Shown piece after piece: positions 38,476 to 50,082 of a stretch of 64,000 nt of DNA (positions are counted from its first letter, which is position 1; each line of letters starts with the position of its first letter). The DNA lies in contig OZ244977.1 in NCBI GenBank assembly GCA_965222995.1, positions 905,083-969,082 on the forward strand, read 5' to 3'. The notes under the pieces were generated by a model. It saw only the letters and a program-made list of their open reading frames with translations. It was not told the DNA's origin and did not search any database. A program made the translations under genes and the position numbers. Source of the DNA: Bacteroidia bacterium. GTDB taxonomy: Bacteria > Bacteroidota > Bacteroidia > UBA8524.

Positions 38476-39657
38476 TTATTGTTTCAACAGCTTTGCTACT
38501 CCATTTTGGCTGTGTAAAAAGTAAATACCTTTAGCCAAGTTTGTGGTATTAATTGTTTGTGTAGTTGAAGTATTAACAGTTTGAATTGTTTTACCTGTAA
38601 TATCAGTTAGTAGTATTGTTTCACCTTCAACAAGGTTTTCAATATTCAGTGTATTTGAAAACGGGTTGGGATATACTTTTAGTTTTTCTTTTTTTGTAGT
38701 TTTAATACTTGACAATATCGGGTCGAAGTAATAAAATGATTTAGAAAAGTCTAAAGCAATAGTAGCACCTGTACCTACATAGCCATAGCCTGTACTTTGA
38801 ATGGTAAATGCAGTTGACCAACCTGTTCTGTCAGTTGGGTAATCGGTTAACCTGCTCCATACATCACTTGAAGGGTCATAAGAATAAAAGTCACTATAAG
38901 TTGCAGTGAAGGCACTTTGACCCAATCCTGCATACCCTTTACCATTTAAGCCAAAAGCTATACCTGCATTACGGGCTGCACCCGGAAAGTCGGCTTTGTT
39001 AGTCCAAGTGTCATTAGCCGGGTCATACATATATAGCTTATTGCTAAACTGAGCGTCGCTGCTATTGCCAAAACACATGTATCCTTTATCATCTACTACA
39101 AACCCTGAGGCAAAGGCAGTCATCTCGGGTAAGTTAGCTTTTGCTACCCATGTATCGGTAGCAGGTAAATATTCATAAAAATCATTATAAATAGTGCCGT
39201 ATCCTGTATTGCTTATTTTGTCGGTACCTCCGCCTACAAATACACGGTTGTTAAAAAGAATAGTAACCATTCCTACACGGTTGCCACCCGGGAATTTGTT
39301 TTTTTGTGCCCAACTATCGTTTGTTGGGTCATATTCCCAAACCTCGTCATGCGCCTGGCCAAAAGCGGCATCTCCACAAACCAGATAGCCTTTTCCATTA
39401 ATTGCAAACGAAGCGGAAAAACTTCTTGAAGCTCCATCGGCAACGTCGTTTAGCTTTGTCCATTGGTTGGTATTGCTGTTATACCTAAAGAAGTCTTTGC
39501 TAAAAATACCTGCTCCAACATAAGCAACATCATTAATAACAAAACTGGCGGCACCATCGCGGGCATCTCCACCAAAATCAGCAATGGAGTTCCACTGGGC
39601 ATTGGCAGTAAGTTGAATAATTAAAAGTGTAAATACTAAGTAAAGTGTTTTTTTCAT
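38476..39657 (-). CDS. Kelch-repeat beta-propeller protein with T9SS C-terminal sorting domain
   Basis: Signal peptide. Repeated Kelch-like blades (GKGY...W). C-terminal Por_Secre_tail (VYPNPFSNTLNIENL...GIYFLHSQ). The ATG at 39657 is preferred over 39696. Confidence 0.7.
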   Translation of the reverse strand: MKKTLYLVFTLLIIQLTANAQWNSIADFGGDARDGAASFVINDVAYVGAGIFSKDFFRYNSNTNQWTKLNDVADGASRSFSASFAINGKGYLVCGDAAFGQAHDEVWEYDPTNDSWAQKNKFPGGNRVGMVTILFNNRVFVGGGTDKISNTGYGTIYNDFYEYLPATDTWVAKANLPEMTAFASGFVVDDKGYMCFGNSSDAQFSNKLYMYDPANDTWTNKADFPGAARNAGIAFGLNGKGYAGLGQSAFTATYSDFYSYDPSSDVWSRLTDYPTDRTGWSTAFTIQSTGYGYVGTGATIALDFSKSFYYFDPILSSIKTTKKEKLKVYPNPFSNTLNIENLVEGETILLTDITGKTIQTVNTSTTQTINTTNLAKGIYFLHSQNGVAKLLKQ

Positions 39658-39784
39658 AGTTGTAAATTGTTTCCCTAATAAACTGGTATGCAACAAAATA
39701 GGTTGCGTATAAAAGTATCAGAATATACCTGTTTAGTAGCTGTAATTACCTGTTTGGTATATTCTGACTTTACATGACATAAAA

Positions 39785-39816
39785 AAAGCCCCTTTTGAAC
39801 ACTCAAAAGGGGCTTT
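39785..39816 (-). terminator. Terminator for gcvP (gccccttttga/tcaaaaggggc hairpin)
   Basis: 11-bp perfect stem. A7 on the plus strand gives a U-run on the minus transcript. Confidence 0.7.
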
Positions 39817-39836
39817 AAAAATGTATTTATTCAATT

Positions 39837-42740
39837 TTAATTAGCTGAAACAGCCTCAGGTTCTATTTCTTCTTCCAAATAATTTTCCATTGGAGGGCAG
39901 GCACAAACCAAGTTACGGTCTCCGTAGGTATTATCTATTCTGCTTACAGCAGGCCAAAACTTGTTGTGGCGTACCCATTCTGTAGGGTATACTCCTCTTT
40001 CTCGGCTGTAGGGTCTGTTCCATTTTTCAGTCAAGGCAACATCCGCAGTATGTGGGGCATGTTTCAACACATTACTGTCTTTATCAGCATTTCCTTCCTC
40101 AACCTCAGCAATTTCGTGGCGAATGTGAATCATAGCATCAATAAATCTATCCAATTCAGCTTTGGTTTCACTTTCTGTAGGTTCAACCATTATAGTACCT
40201 ACTACAGGAAACGACATAGTGGGAGCATGGTAGCCGTAATCCATTAGTCTCTTTGCAATGTCGGGTGCATCAATACTTGCAGATTTTTTGAAAGGACGAG
40301 TGTCTAAAATCATTTCGTGTGCACAACGCCCGTTCTTGCCTTTGTACAGTACGTCATAATGTCCTTCTAATTTTTTAGCAATATAGTTGGCGTTAAGTAT
40401 TGCCCATTTAGTAGCGTTGGTTAATCCATCACCTCCCATTAAACGGATATATGCATAAGAAATAAGTAGTATACTGGCACTACCCCAAGGAGCTGCGGAA
40501 ATAGCTGAAATTGCTTGGTCTCCGCCGGTTTCTATTACACTATGACCGGGTAGAAATGGTTTTAAATGTTCAGCAACGCATATTGGTCCCATACCTGGTC
40601 CACCTCCACCGTGGGGGATACAGAAGGTTTTGTGCAGGTTCAAATGGCAAACATCAGCACCAATTAAACCGGGGCTGGTAATACCAACTTGTGCATTCAT
40701 GTTGGCACCATCCATATACACTTGGCCTCCGTATTTATGTATTAAGGCGGTTATTTCTTTTATAGATTCTTCAAATACACCGTGCGTACTTGGGTAGGTA
40801 ACCATTAGGCTGGCAAGTGAGTCTTTATATCTTTCTGCTTTTACTTTAAGATCTTCAAGGTCTATATTGCCGTTTTCGTCAGTCTTTACAACAACTACTT
40901 TCATACCTGCCATAACAGCACTTGCAGGGTTGGTACCGTGTGCTGAAGCAGGAATTAGCGCAATGTTTCTATGCCCTTCTCCTATAGATTTTAAATATTC
41001 ACTAATTACCATTAAACCCGCATACTCACCTTGAGCACCTGCATTGGGTTGTAGTGATGTTGCTGCAAAACCTGTTAGTTCTGCCAAATAACTTTCAAGC
41101 TCTGTAAATATTTGGGTATAACCTCTGGCTTGTGATACAGGAACAAACGGGTGCAGTTGGTTAAACTCAGGCCAGGTAATAGGTATCATTTCAGTAGTAG
41201 CATTTAGCTTCATGGTACAAGAACCCAATGAAATCATACTATGTACTAATGAAAGGTCTTTGTTCTCAAGGCGCTTAATATAACGCACCATTTCATGCTC
41301 CGTATGGAAACTGTTAAACACAGGATGTGTTAAATATTCACTTGTACGTATAAGGGGCTTATCCCAAGTAACTTTTATGTTTTTGGTAAAATCATTTATG
41401 TCTACAGTTTTGCTGGCTGTAGCTTTAGCAAATAAGTCTACCAATAATTGTACATCATCTAAAGTTGTAGTCTCATCTAAAGAAATACCTACGGTTTCGT
41501 CTTCAAAATAGCGAAGGTTTATTTCGTCTACCTCTGCCATAGCCTTTACTTTAGCTACATCAAAACCTTCAAGCCTAAGTGTATCAAAGTAGTTTTTGTT
41601 AATGTTTTTTACTTCAAAGGTCTCAAGTGCAGCAGCTAAAGCTTTGGTTTGTGCATGTGTTTTTTGTGCAATTTTTTTCAAACCTTCTGGTCCGTGATAT
41701 ACAGCATACATGCCTGCCATTATAGAAAGTAATACCTGTGCTGTACATATATTACTGGTGGCTTTTTCACGTTTTATATGTTGTTCACGTGTTTGCAAAG
41801 CCATGCGGTACGCGGTATTGCCTTCGGCATCAACTGAAACACCGATAATACGTCCCGGCATACTACGTTTGTATGATTCTTTGGTACCGATGTATCCTGC
41901 ATGCGGTCCACCATATCCTAAAGGTACCCCGAAACGCTGTGAAGTACCTACAACAATATCAGCACCCCACTCACCGGGAGAGGTTATTAGAGTTAGTGCC
42001 AACAAATCAGCAACTGCTACAACTTTGGCATTTACAGCATGTGCTTTATCAGCAATTGCTTTATAATTATTTATTGCTCCGCTATTGTTGGGGTATTGTA
42101 CTACAACACCTATATATTGCTCTGTAGGTTCAAAAGTATCATAATCTCCAATTACCAACTCAACCCCTAAGGGTACTGAGCGTGTTTGCAATAACGCTAT
42201 GGTTTGAGGGAAGATTTCTTCATCAACAAATAATTTATTGCCCTGGCTTTTAGGTTTTAAATCTATGCACATGTGCATAGCTTCTGCCGCAGCAGTAGCT
42301 TCGTCAAGTAATGAGGCATTGGCAATTTCCATCCCTGTTAAATCCATAATCATGGTTTGGAAATTTATTAAAGCTTCAAGCCTGCCCTGGGCAATTTCAG
42401 CCTGATACGGTGTATAAGCAGTATACCAACCCGGGTTTTCTGTAATATTACGTAAGATAACATTAGGGGTATGTGTATTATAATACCCCATACCTATATA
42501 TGTATCAAATACTTGGTTTTGATTACCAATTCTACGTAGAGCATTTAAAAAACTATGCTCACTCATTGCCGGACGCAAATTAAGCGGCTCTTTAGAGCGT
42601 ATTGCTGCGGGAACAGTCTGTTCGATTAGTTGTTCCATGCTTTCTACTCCAACAGTGTTTAGCATTTCTACCAAATCATTATCATTAGAACCGTTGTGGC
42701 GATTCTGAAACTGGTCGTAGTGGTGAACGGGAAGTGACAT
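39837..42740 (-). CDS. gcvP: Glycine dehydrogenase (decarboxylating), glycine cleavage system P protein (single-chain)
   Basis: 967 aa two-domain GcvP. PLP lysine region ([19 protein letters not shown]). N- and C-terminal GDC-P halves. Confidence 0.9.
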   Translation of the reverse strand: MSLPVHHYDQFQNRHNGSNDNDLVEMLNTVGVESMEQLIEQTVPAAIRSKEPLNLRPAMSEHSFLNALRRIGNQNQVFDTYIGMGYYNTHTPNVILRNITENPGWYTAYTPYQAEIAQGRLEALINFQTMIMDLTGMEIANASLLDEATAAAEAMHMCIDLKPKSQGNKLFVDEEIFPQTIALLQTRSVPLGVELVIGDYDTFEPTEQYIGVVVQYPNNSGAINNYKAIADKAHAVNAKVVAVADLLALTLITSPGEWGADIVVGTSQRFGVPLGYGGPHAGYIGTKESYKRSMPGRIIGVSVDAEGNTAYRMALQTREQHIKREKATSNICTAQVLLSIMAGMYAVYHGPEGLKKIAQKTHAQTKALAAALETFEVKNINKNYFDTLRLEGFDVAKVKAMAEVDEINLRYFEDETVGISLDETTTLDDVQLLVDLFAKATASKTVDINDFTKNIKVTWDKPLIRTSEYLTHPVFNSFHTEHEMVRYIKRLENKDLSLVHSMISLGSCTMKLNATTEMIPITWPEFNQLHPFVPVSQARGYTQIFTELESYLAELTGFAATSLQPNAGAQGEYAGLMVISEYLKSIGEGHRNIALIPASAHGTNPASAVMAGMKVVVVKTDENGNIDLEDLKVKAERYKDSLASLMVTYPSTHGVFEESIKEITALIHKYGGQVYMDGANMNAQVGITSPGLIGADVCHLNLHKTFCIPHGGGGPGMGPICVAEHLKPFLPGHSVIETGGDQAISAISAAPWGSASILLISYAYIRLMGGDGLTNATKWAILNANYIAKKLEGHYDVLYKGKNGRCAHEMILDTRPFKKSASIDAPDIAKRLMDYGYHAPTMSFPVVGTIMVEPTESETKAELDRFIDAMIHIRHEIAEVEEGNADKDSNVLKHAPHTADVALTEKWNRPYSRERGVYPTEWVRHNKFWPAVSRIDNTYGDRNLVCACPPMENYLEEEIEPEAVSAN

Positions 42741-42857
42741 ACTAATACTTGTTAGTTTTAAAAAAATTGCACAAATTTACTGTTTACTTTTTAGTTTACA
42801 GGCGAATGTTATGTTTTGTTTTTATAAAAAAACTTTTATTATATAAGTATTTGGTAA

Positions 42858-43502
42858 TTAGTGTAATACAAACTGTATATATTTTATTTTTTCGCCTTTT
42901 TCAGTAAAAATTTTTTCATAAGTAGTTTTTATAGACAAGTACTCATCTAAAAAAGGGGCGGTATACAAATTAGCACTTTGCCTTATAACCGGTAAGCAAA
43001 GTTCTTCTATAACTTCTTTTGTGAACTCGTAAAGTAAAGTATTGTCAGTTTTTAAATGTATAGTACCTCCTTTTTTAAGGATATTTTTGTAGAGATTTAA
43101 AAACCTGGGGTGGGTGAGTCTTTTTTTGGCTTTCCCATCCCTAACTTGAGGGTCAGGAAAAGTTATCCAAATTTCATCAATTTCATCAGTATCAAAATAT
43201 TGGTCAATTTTTTCAATTTCAGTACGCAGAAAGGCGGCATTTTTCAAATCACTTTCTAATACTTGTTTGGCCCCTGTCCATATTCTATGTCCTTTAATAT
43301 CTATTCCGATGAAGTTTTTTTGCGGATATGATTTTGCCAAATTCACGGTGTACTCTCCCTTTCCACAAGCTAACTCAAGCACAATAGGATTATTGTTTTT
43401 AAAAACATTTTTATTCCATGTGCCTTGCATATTTTCAGGATATTGAAATACATGTGGAAATGTGAGTAATTCAGCCCATTGTTGTAGTTTTCTTTTGCCC
43501 AT
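42858..43502 (-). CDS. trmB: tRNA (guanine46-N7)-methyltransferase
   Basis: SAM-MTase motifs (VLELACGKGEYTVNLA, IWITFPDP). Confidence 0.85.
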   Translation of the reverse strand: MGKRKLQQWAELLTFPHVFQYPENMQGTWNKNVFKNNNPIVLELACGKGEYTVNLAKSYPQKNFIGIDIKGHRIWTGAKQVLESDLKNAAFLRTEIEKIDQYFDTDEIDEIWITFPDPQVRDGKAKKRLTHPRFLNLYKNILKKGGTIHLKTDNTLLYEFTKEVIEELCLPVIRQSANLYTAPFLDEYLSIKTTYEKIFTEKGEKIKYIQFVLH

Positions 43503-43530
43503 TGCGCTGCAAATTTACTATTTTAGCCCT

Positions 43531-44151
43531 GTGGGATTGAAAGAAAAAATAAAAGGCAATACCGGTTTAAAAAAACTGGTGCATTGGATGCTAATACCTA
43601 AAAACCAAGCAAGGCCCAGGTTGTGGGTGCAATGGTTTGTTAATCCTTTTTATCATAAGAAAGGGAAAGGTTCTAAAGTTTGCAGAAGGGTAAGAATGGA
43701 TGTTTTACCGTTTAATCATTTTGAGTTAGGCGAAAACAGTACTATTGAGGACTTTAGTGTTGTAAATAACGGGGTAGGACCTGTTAGTGTGGGAAGTAAT
43801 ACGCGGATAGGTTTAGGAAATGTATTAATAGGGCCTGTGAAAGTGGGCAATCAGGTTATTTTTGCCCAAAATGTTGTTCTTTCAGGCTTAAACCACGGAT
43901 ATGAAGATATTGATACACCAATACGACTACAAAAAGTAACCACAGCACAAATTACTGTTGAAGATGAAGTTTGGATAGGTGCCAATGCAGTTTTAACGGC
44001 GGGTATAACGGTGGGGAAACATAGTGTAATTGCCGGTGGAAGTGTAGTGGTGAAAGATGTACCGCCTTACAGTGTGGTGGGAGGCAATCCGGCAAGGGTA
44101 TTGAAGCAATACAACACTCAAACAAAGTTGTGGGAGCGACCTGCAAAATAG
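43531..44151 (+). CDS. Hexapeptide-repeat (LbH) acetyltransferase, WcaF/maltose-O-acetyltransferase-like
   Basis: Left-handed beta-helix hexapeptide repeats (IGANAVLTAGITVGKHSVIAGGSVVVKDVPPYSVVGGNPARV). GTG at 43531 or TTG at 43537 is the likely start. The longer ORF would overlap trmB. Confidence 0.7.
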   Translation: MGLKEKIKGNTGLKKLVHWMLIPKNQARPRLWVQWFVNPFYHKKGKGSKVCRRVRMDVLPFNHFELGENSTIEDFSVVNNGVGPVSVGSNTRIGLGNVLIGPVKVGNQVIFAQNVVLSGLNHGYEDIDTPIRLQKVTTAQITVEDEVWIGANAVLTAGITVGKHSVIAGGSVVVKDVPPYSVVGGNPARVLKQYNTQTKLWERPAK

Positions 44152-44297
44152 TCCTTAAAATATCCATTAATAACCATTTTTCTTGATTTTCAGCGAATTA
44201 ATTATTTATTTTGCGAAATAATTAGCTATTTAAGGAATTTTGCTGTGGCGCTTAGTCTGTGTTAACGAATGTGATACTAACTATATTGAACAGTAAA

Positions 44298-46499
44298 ATG
44301 AAAAAAGTTTCTTTCTTTCTTATGTTTTTGGCTGCACTTCTTTTTGTAGCACAATCTTGTAAACGAAAATCTATTGAAAATAATACTGAACCTACAGATG
44401 TTTTAACCATCCCGATTGATGAGCTTAAGGCTCCTGAAGGATTTAATTTTGAAACAAATAAGGATTTGTATGTAAGGGTTAAAGTAGCTGACCCGGCATC
44501 GCCAAGTACCAGGTATTTAATAAAAATATACTCAAATGTACCGGGTACAGGTGAGTTAGTTAAAACAGGATTAACTAATACCTCTGATTTTGAATATGCT
44601 ACTAGCTTAAGGCTTCCAGCCGGACAGGATTTTATTTGGATAGAAAAAATTGGTCCTGACGGAACCAGTGAGTTTCAAGAAGTCCCTGCAAGCACATTTG
44701 CAACAAGTGTTTTTGATAGTAAACCTGAGCATGTATTTACTTTTCAAAAAACCAGTTCAGGTATGGACTGTAGTTCTAAGTGCGATAATACCTATAACAA
44801 CTATATAGGAAACTTAAACTTAAACAATAAAGGTACATATTGTATTACAGGTACTTTTAATGGAAGTATCACTATTAATAATGATATTGATGTAAAAATA
44901 TGTGCCAGTGGTAGTATAACCAACCTAACGCTTAACAATAAAAAGAGTAGGGTGTACATACTAGAAGGGGCTGAATTGAAAATTACAAATTTAGCCACCA
45001 ACAATAAATCAGCTGAGGTAAGAAGCTGGAGTGATAGCGTTGTGCTAACAGGTTCAATGTCTCAAACAGGTAAATTCAGAAATTATGGTAAGTTGTATGT
45101 TACTAATAACTTATCACTTAACTCTGACGCTAAATTTTATAATTACGGGTTTTTAGATATAGGTGGAAACTTTACAACCAGTAATGATTTATTCAACTAC
45201 CATTTTATGGATGTAGGAGGCAACTTTACTGTTAACTCTAATGCTTATGTAGATTCTTATTGTAATATAGACATCACAGGAAACCTAACTGTGAATGACG
45301 ATATTGATTTTGACGGAATTATAAGCGTAGGGGGTAACTTAACTGTAAATAGTAATGGAGATATAGACTTTTATGATGGTGGTTTAATGGTTTGTGAAAA
45401 CCTTACTTTAAATGATGATATTGAAGGTAAGTCTAGTAAAACCAGCGTAATAAAGGTTAATGATAGAACCGTAATTAATAGTAATGGTGAGATTAAAGGT
45501 AAATTGGACTTATGTGATAATGATGGCGTAGAGACCAACAATGGTAAGATTAGCTCTCCTGCTAAACTTTCATGTGCTACAACTTTACCTTCAACAACTT
45601 GCAGACCAAACGGGTTTAATAATGTTGTGGTACAAGACGATGATAATGACGGAATTGCTAATGAGCAAGATGCTTATCCTAATGATGCAGATAAAGCATT
45701 TGACAGTTATTACCCATCAGGAAGTTCGTATGCTAACATCGGGTTTGAAGATTTATGGCCTAATAAGGGTGATTTTGACTTTAATGATATGGTGATTGCA
45801 TATAATTTGCAAAAAGTATTGAATGCTGATGAAAAAGTAGTTGAAGCTATATTTAAAGTAAATGTACGTTCAGTAGGAGGGTCATTTGATAATGGTTTCG
45901 GAATTAGACTTGATGAAATAGCATCGTCAGCAGTTTCATCAGTTACGGGGTATGAGTTATCTAAGAATATAATAACACTTAATGCCAATAAAACTGAAGC
46001 AGCACAAGACAAAGCAGTAATTATTTGTTTTGATTCGCCTGAACCTACACTAAACAGAGCTACGGGTTCTTTCTTCAATACTATAAAAACTAATCCTAAA
46101 GGAACATCAGATACACTTACTATAACTGTTAAATTTGCAACTCCTCAAGATGAAGCTAATTTAGCAGCCAGTAAGCTTAATCCGTTTATTTTTACAAACC
46201 AGAGAAGAGGCTATGAAGTTCACTTAAGTGATTTTGCACCAACTTCATTGGCAGACCAAACCCTGTTTGGTACAGGACAAGATGCTTCAAGCCCTCAAGC
46301 GGGTAAATATTATAAAACAGCTAATAATTTACCTTGGGCTATTTTAATAGAAGAAACGTTTGATTACCCTGAGGAAAAAGCTCCTATTAATATAACCTAC
46401 AGGTATTTTAATGAGTGGGCTATTAGTGGGGGCACCAAGCAAACCACTTGGTTTAAAGATTTAGCAAACCACCGTGTGTTGAATAAAGTTTTTGAGTAG
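44298..46499 (+). CDS. LruC-domain lipoprotein with internal ~20-aa beta-helix-like repeats
   Basis: Lipoprotein signal (...FVAQSCKRK). Central repeats GGNFTxNS / GNLTVNxD. C-terminal LruC-like region (DDDNDGIANEQDAYPND...DFDFNDMVIAYN). Confidence 0.65.
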   Translation: MKKVSFFLMFLAALLFVAQSCKRKSIENNTEPTDVLTIPIDELKAPEGFNFETNKDLYVRVKVADPASPSTRYLIKIYSNVPGTGELVKTGLTNTSDFEYATSLRLPAGQDFIWIEKIGPDGTSEFQEVPASTFATSVFDSKPEHVFTFQKTSSGMDCSSKCDNTYNNYIGNLNLNNKGTYCITGTFNGSITINNDIDVKICASGSITNLTLNNKKSRVYILEGAELKITNLATNNKSAEVRSWSDSVVLTGSMSQTGKFRNYGKLYVTNNLSLNSDAKFYNYGFLDIGGNFTTSNDLFNYHFMDVGGNFTVNSNAYVDSYCNIDITGNLTVNDDIDFDGIISVGGNLTVNSNGDIDFYDGGLMVCENLTLNDDIEGKSSKTSVIKVNDRTVINSNGEIKGKLDLCDNDGVETNNGKISSPAKLSCATTLPSTTCRPNGFNNVVVQDDDNDGIANEQDAYPNDADKAFDSYYPSGSSYANIGFEDLWPNKGDFDFNDMVIAYNLQKVLNADEKVVEAIFKVNVRSVGGSFDNGFGIRLDEIASSAVSSVTGYELSKNIITLNANKTEAAQDKAVIICFDSPEPTLNRATGSFFNTIKTNPKGTSDTLTITVKFATPQDEANLAASKLNPFIFTNQRRGYEVHLSDFAPTSLADQTLFGTGQDASSPQAGKYYKTANNLPWAILIEETFDYPEEKAPINITYRYFNEWAISGGTKQTTWFKDLANHRVLNKVFE

Positions 46500-46507
46500 A
46501 AAAAATT

Positions 46508-46550
46508 AAGAAGGCTGTTTATAATAAATTATAAGCAGCCTTCATTTTGG
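46508..46550 (+). terminator. Terminator hairpin after LruC gene
   Basis: gaaggctg...cagccttc stem (8 bp) followed by attttgg. Confidence 0.5.
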
Positions 46551-46724
46551 TAGTTTTTAGCCTAAGCTATGCAATTGTAGGGCGCACATGTCTTAACCAT
46601 CAAAGCTTTTCTCAAGCTTTTGCAAATGGTTTTGATAGTACTTATGTTTCAATTGCAAGTAATAACTATCCTTTTTTAATTACCACAACTTATATTTGTA
46701 AGCAACTATTTAGGGTTGTAAACT

Positions 46725-47096
46725 ATGGTAATGCTTATAGCGGATGAAATCAGGCGGTTAAGAATGGCTAAATCTTTTAGTCAGGACTACATGGCTGAGA
46801 AGCTGGGAATAACGCAACAGGCGTATTCTAAAATCGAAAATCAAATATCTGAAGCGTCTATCAGTCGCTTGCAGCAGATTTGTGAAATTTTGGGTGTGCC
46901 CTTACCTCAACTATTGGGGCTTGATGAGGAAGTGGTAGATAGTGAGACAGGGGAAACCTTAAAACTTTCAGAAAGGAAATTGTACCATGAAATAATTGTG
47001 AACCAACAAAATATTATAGAAAAGCAAGAAGAAACTATTCGTTCAATTTCGGCATCGTTGGTAATGATGCAAACAGGGGTGAAGTTTGGTGATTGA
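46725..47096 (+). CDS. XRE-family HTH transcriptional regulator (123 aa)
   Basis: HTH_3 (IRRLRMAKSFSQDYMAEKLGITQQAYSKIENQ). Confidence 0.75.
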   Translation: MVMLIADEIRRLRMAKSFSQDYMAEKLGITQQAYSKIENQISEASISRLQQICEILGVPLPQLLGLDEEVVDSETGETLKLSERKLYHEIIVNQQNIIEKQEETIRSISASLVMMQTGVKFGD

Positions 47097-47159
47097 GAAT
47101 AAAAAAACACCTTTTACTTTAAAGTAAAAGGTGTTGCAGTTAGTTGTATTTTATGTTTT

Positions 47160-48560
47160 CTACTTAAGATTGCCTACCATATCTTCAGGTCGTACCCATT
47201 GGTCAAACTCTTCAGCAGTTAGCAATTCTAAAGCAATTGCAGCTTGTTTTAGGGTAGTACCTTCTTTATGCGCTTTTTTTGCAATTTTAGCAGCATTATC
47301 ATAGCCTATATGTGTATTTAGCGCTGTTACTAACATTAAAGAGTTATCTAAATTTTCTTTAATGACAGCATTATTAGGCTCAATACCTACTGCACAATTA
47401 TTGTTAAATGATACACAAGCATCACCAATTAGGCGTGCACTATGCAATACATTTGCAGCAATAAGCGGTTTAAATACGTTAAGTTCAAAATGTCCTGTGC
47501 TTCCGCCCACACTCACAGCTACATCATTTCCTATAACTTGGGCACAAACCATGGTTAGTGCTTCGGGTTGGGTAGGGTTTACTTTACCGGGCATAATGCT
47601 AGACCCCGGTTCGTTGCTGGGGATTATAATTTCACCAATACCACAACGGGGACCACTTGCAAGTATCCGCACATCGTTTCCTATTTTCATTAAGGCTACA
47701 GCCGCACGTTTCAGTGCGCCACTTAGCTCAACCATGCCGTCGTGTGCGGCAAGACTTTCAAATTTATTTGGTGCTGTAACAAAGGGGTAACCACTTAGCT
47801 CTGCAATTTTTGCAGCAACTTTCACATCATATCCTTTAGGAGTGTTTAAACCTGTACCTACTGCTGTACCTCCCAATGCCAATTCCTTAACAGCTTCTAA
47901 CGCATTTTTTATGGCTTTTATACTGTTGGTTATTTGTTGAACATATCCGCTGAACTCCTGCCCTAAAGTAAGTGGAGTGGCATCCATAAAGTGAGTGCGG
48001 CCTATTTTTACAATGCTATTAAACTCTTCAACTTTTTTAGCTAAAGTATCGCGAAGCAACTCCAAACCCGGTATTGTAATTTCTACCACTTGTTTATAAG
48101 CGGCAATATGCATTGCAGTAGGGTAGGTATCGTTACTTGATTGCGATTTGTTTACATCATCATTGGGGTGTAATATTTTCTTATCGTCGGTAAGACTTCC
48201 ACCATTAATAACATGACCTCTATTGGCAACCACCTCATTCACATTCATATTACTTTGCGTACCACTACCGGTTTGCCAAATAACCAATGGAAACTGGTCG
48301 TCTAATTCACCTGCCTGAATTTCATCACATACTTTACTTATTAAGTCTGCTTTTTCTTGTGATAGCACGCCTAAATCTGCATTGGTTTGTGCTGCTGCTT
48401 TTTTAAGAGTTGCAAAAGCACGTATTATTTCAACCGGCATTTTGTCAGCAACGCCACCTATTTTAAAATTTTGTAATGAGCGTTGTGTTTGAGCTGCCCA
48501 ATAAGCATTTACAGGTACTTCAATTTCACCTATACTATCGCGTTCAATCCTATATTCCAT
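47160..48560 (-). CDS. fumC: Fumarate hydratase class II
   Basis: Lyase_1 signature [12 protein letters not shown]-terminal DSIGEIEVP...YWAAQTQRS. Confidence 0.9.
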   Translation of the reverse strand: MEYRIERDSIGEIEVPVNAYWAAQTQRSLQNFKIGGVADKMPVEIIRAFATLKKAAAQTNADLGVLSQEKADLISKVCDEIQAGELDDQFPLVIWQTGSGTQSNMNVNEVVANRGHVINGGSLTDDKKILHPNDDVNKSQSSNDTYPTAMHIAAYKQVVEITIPGLELLRDTLAKKVEEFNSIVKIGRTHFMDATPLTLGQEFSGYVQQITNSIKAIKNALEAVKELALGGTAVGTGLNTPKGYDVKVAAKIAELSGYPFVTAPNKFESLAAHDGMVELSGALKRAAVALMKIGNDVRILASGPRCGIGEIIIPSNEPGSSIMPGKVNPTQPEALTMVCAQVIGNDVAVSVGGSTGHFELNVFKPLIAANVLHSARLIGDACVSFNNNCAVGIEPNNAVIKENLDNSLMLVTALNTHIGYDNAAKIAKKAHKEGTTLKQAAIALELLTAEEFDQWVRPEDMVGNLK

Positions 48561-48653
48561 AGTGTGTGGTTTGGTATTTTTTAAGTTTCTGCAAAAATAA
48601 GTATTTGTTTAGCTATAGACTAAACAAGTATGTGAGTTTTAGCTATGGGGTTA

Positions 48654-49997
48654 TTATTTGGTAATTACCAATAAGCTATCTGCGTTAGTACGTACCTTAA
48701 GCCAGTTGTAGAGTTGTTGTGTTTCAGTTTTGCTGGGTACTTTTTTATATCTTACATAGGATATAATCAAGGTGTCTAACTGTTGGGTAGTATTGTTGTA
48801 TAATAACGAGGGTTGAACTGTAAAATACTCAACATTTTTATTGAGTGTACAGAACTCTTTTGATATTTCATTTACCGGTAATTGGTTGCTTGTATACTTC
48901 AAAAGTTCGTGCTCTAAAAATTCTATTTTCTCTTCTTTAGATTTTAAAGCATCAGAATTTTTTTCGTACAACTCTTCTAAAATACCTGTTCTAAGCTCCC
49001 CAACATCAATGTTTTCAGTTTCTTTAATGCCTTGTTTTACTAGTAATTTAACGTCGCTTATACCATAATCATCACGCTGATTATTAATATTATCAATGGT
49101 TTGTTGTTGAATGCGGTCTCCAATAAGAAAAACCTCTAATACTTTACTACCTGCTGTATCTGTAGTAACTTTAGTGTTGATGACTTGCGTATTTGGGAAA
49201 TCAAACTCTTTCTCTACAAATAGTTCAATATTTCTGGTATAAACGGTATCACGCACAATATTATATGCTATGTAAATACTGGGTAATCCTGTTATTAATA
49301 CAATTAGCGCTATGTACCTTTTTACCCTTTTTTCTCTTGCAGTATCAACAAACTCCTTTTTATGGAAGCGGAGAAAACGAACAATTAAAAGGGTAGCTAT
49401 ACTGACAAATACTGCATTTATAAAGAATAAGTATAATGCCCCTCCTACAAAATACCAGTTGCGAGTGGCTAGTCCAAAACCTACTGTACATAAAGGGGGC
49501 ATAAGGGCAGTGGCAATAGCCACACCCGGTATCACATTTCCTTTTTCTTTGGTAGCTGTTGCAGTAATTCCTGCAAACCCGCCAAAAGTGGCAATTAAAA
49601 CATCCCAAATACTGGGCATTGTTCTAGAGATTAGCTCAGGAGTTGCTTCTTGCAATGGGCTAAGCAAAAAGTATATAGTAGATGAGCCTATACTTATTAC
49701 CATCATTACCAAAAGGTTAATCAGGGCCTTTTTTATTAAATCAAAATCATAAATACCCACCCCCAGTCCAACACCTATAATAGGCCCCATAAGGGGAGAG
49801 ATTAACATAGCTCCTATGATAACTGCCGTTGAGTTCATATTTAAGCCGATTGAGGCTATGAAAATGGCAAATATTAGCACCCAAACATTTACCCCTTTAA
49901 ACTCAACACTTTTTGTAATGGCTTCAATTACTTCATGTTCTGATGATTTGTAGTTTTCTAAACTGAAAAGATTGGAAATGTAATTGCGTATTGCCAT
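48654..49997 (-). CDS. DUF389-family (TIGR00341-like) integral membrane protein
   Basis: Hydrophobic N-terminal domain with SPLMGPIIGVGLGVG signature, followed by a soluble C-terminal domain. Confidence 0.5.
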   Translation of the reverse strand: MAIRNYISNLFSLENYKSSEHEVIEAITKSVEFKGVNVWVLIFAIFIASIGLNMNSTAVIIGAMLISPLMGPIIGVGLGVGIYDFDLIKKALINLLVMMVISIGSSTIYFLLSPLQEATPELISRTMPSIWDVLIATFGGFAGITATATKEKGNVIPGVAIATALMPPLCTVGFGLATRNWYFVGGALYLFFINAVFVSIATLLIVRFLRFHKKEFVDTAREKRVKRYIALIVLITGLPSIYIAYNIVRDTVYTRNIELFVEKEFDFPNTQVINTKVTTDTAGSKVLEVFLIGDRIQQQTIDNINNQRDDYGISDVKLLVKQGIKETENIDVGELRTGILEELYEKNSDALKSKEEKIEFLEHELLKYTSNQLPVNEISKEFCTLNKNVEYFTVQPSLLYNNTTQQLDTLIISYVRYKKVPSKTETQQLYNWLKVRTNADSLLVITK

Positions 49998-50082
49998 TTA
50001 TATGTTTATCAACGGAATACCAAAAATATATAATTAGACCGTACGCAGCGAAATAAAAATATTAGATAAAAGCTTTAAGTTT

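Noticed and set aside
45160-45430. About 60-nt periodic repeats, considered as a possible CRISPR array or minisatellite
   Set aside because: The repeats are degenerate, in-frame and translate to beta-solenoid turns within a continuous ORF. There are no identical direct repeats with unique spacers.
47362-47790. 142-aa plus-strand ORF inside fumC
   Set aside because: Antisense to a highly conserved fumarase coding region.
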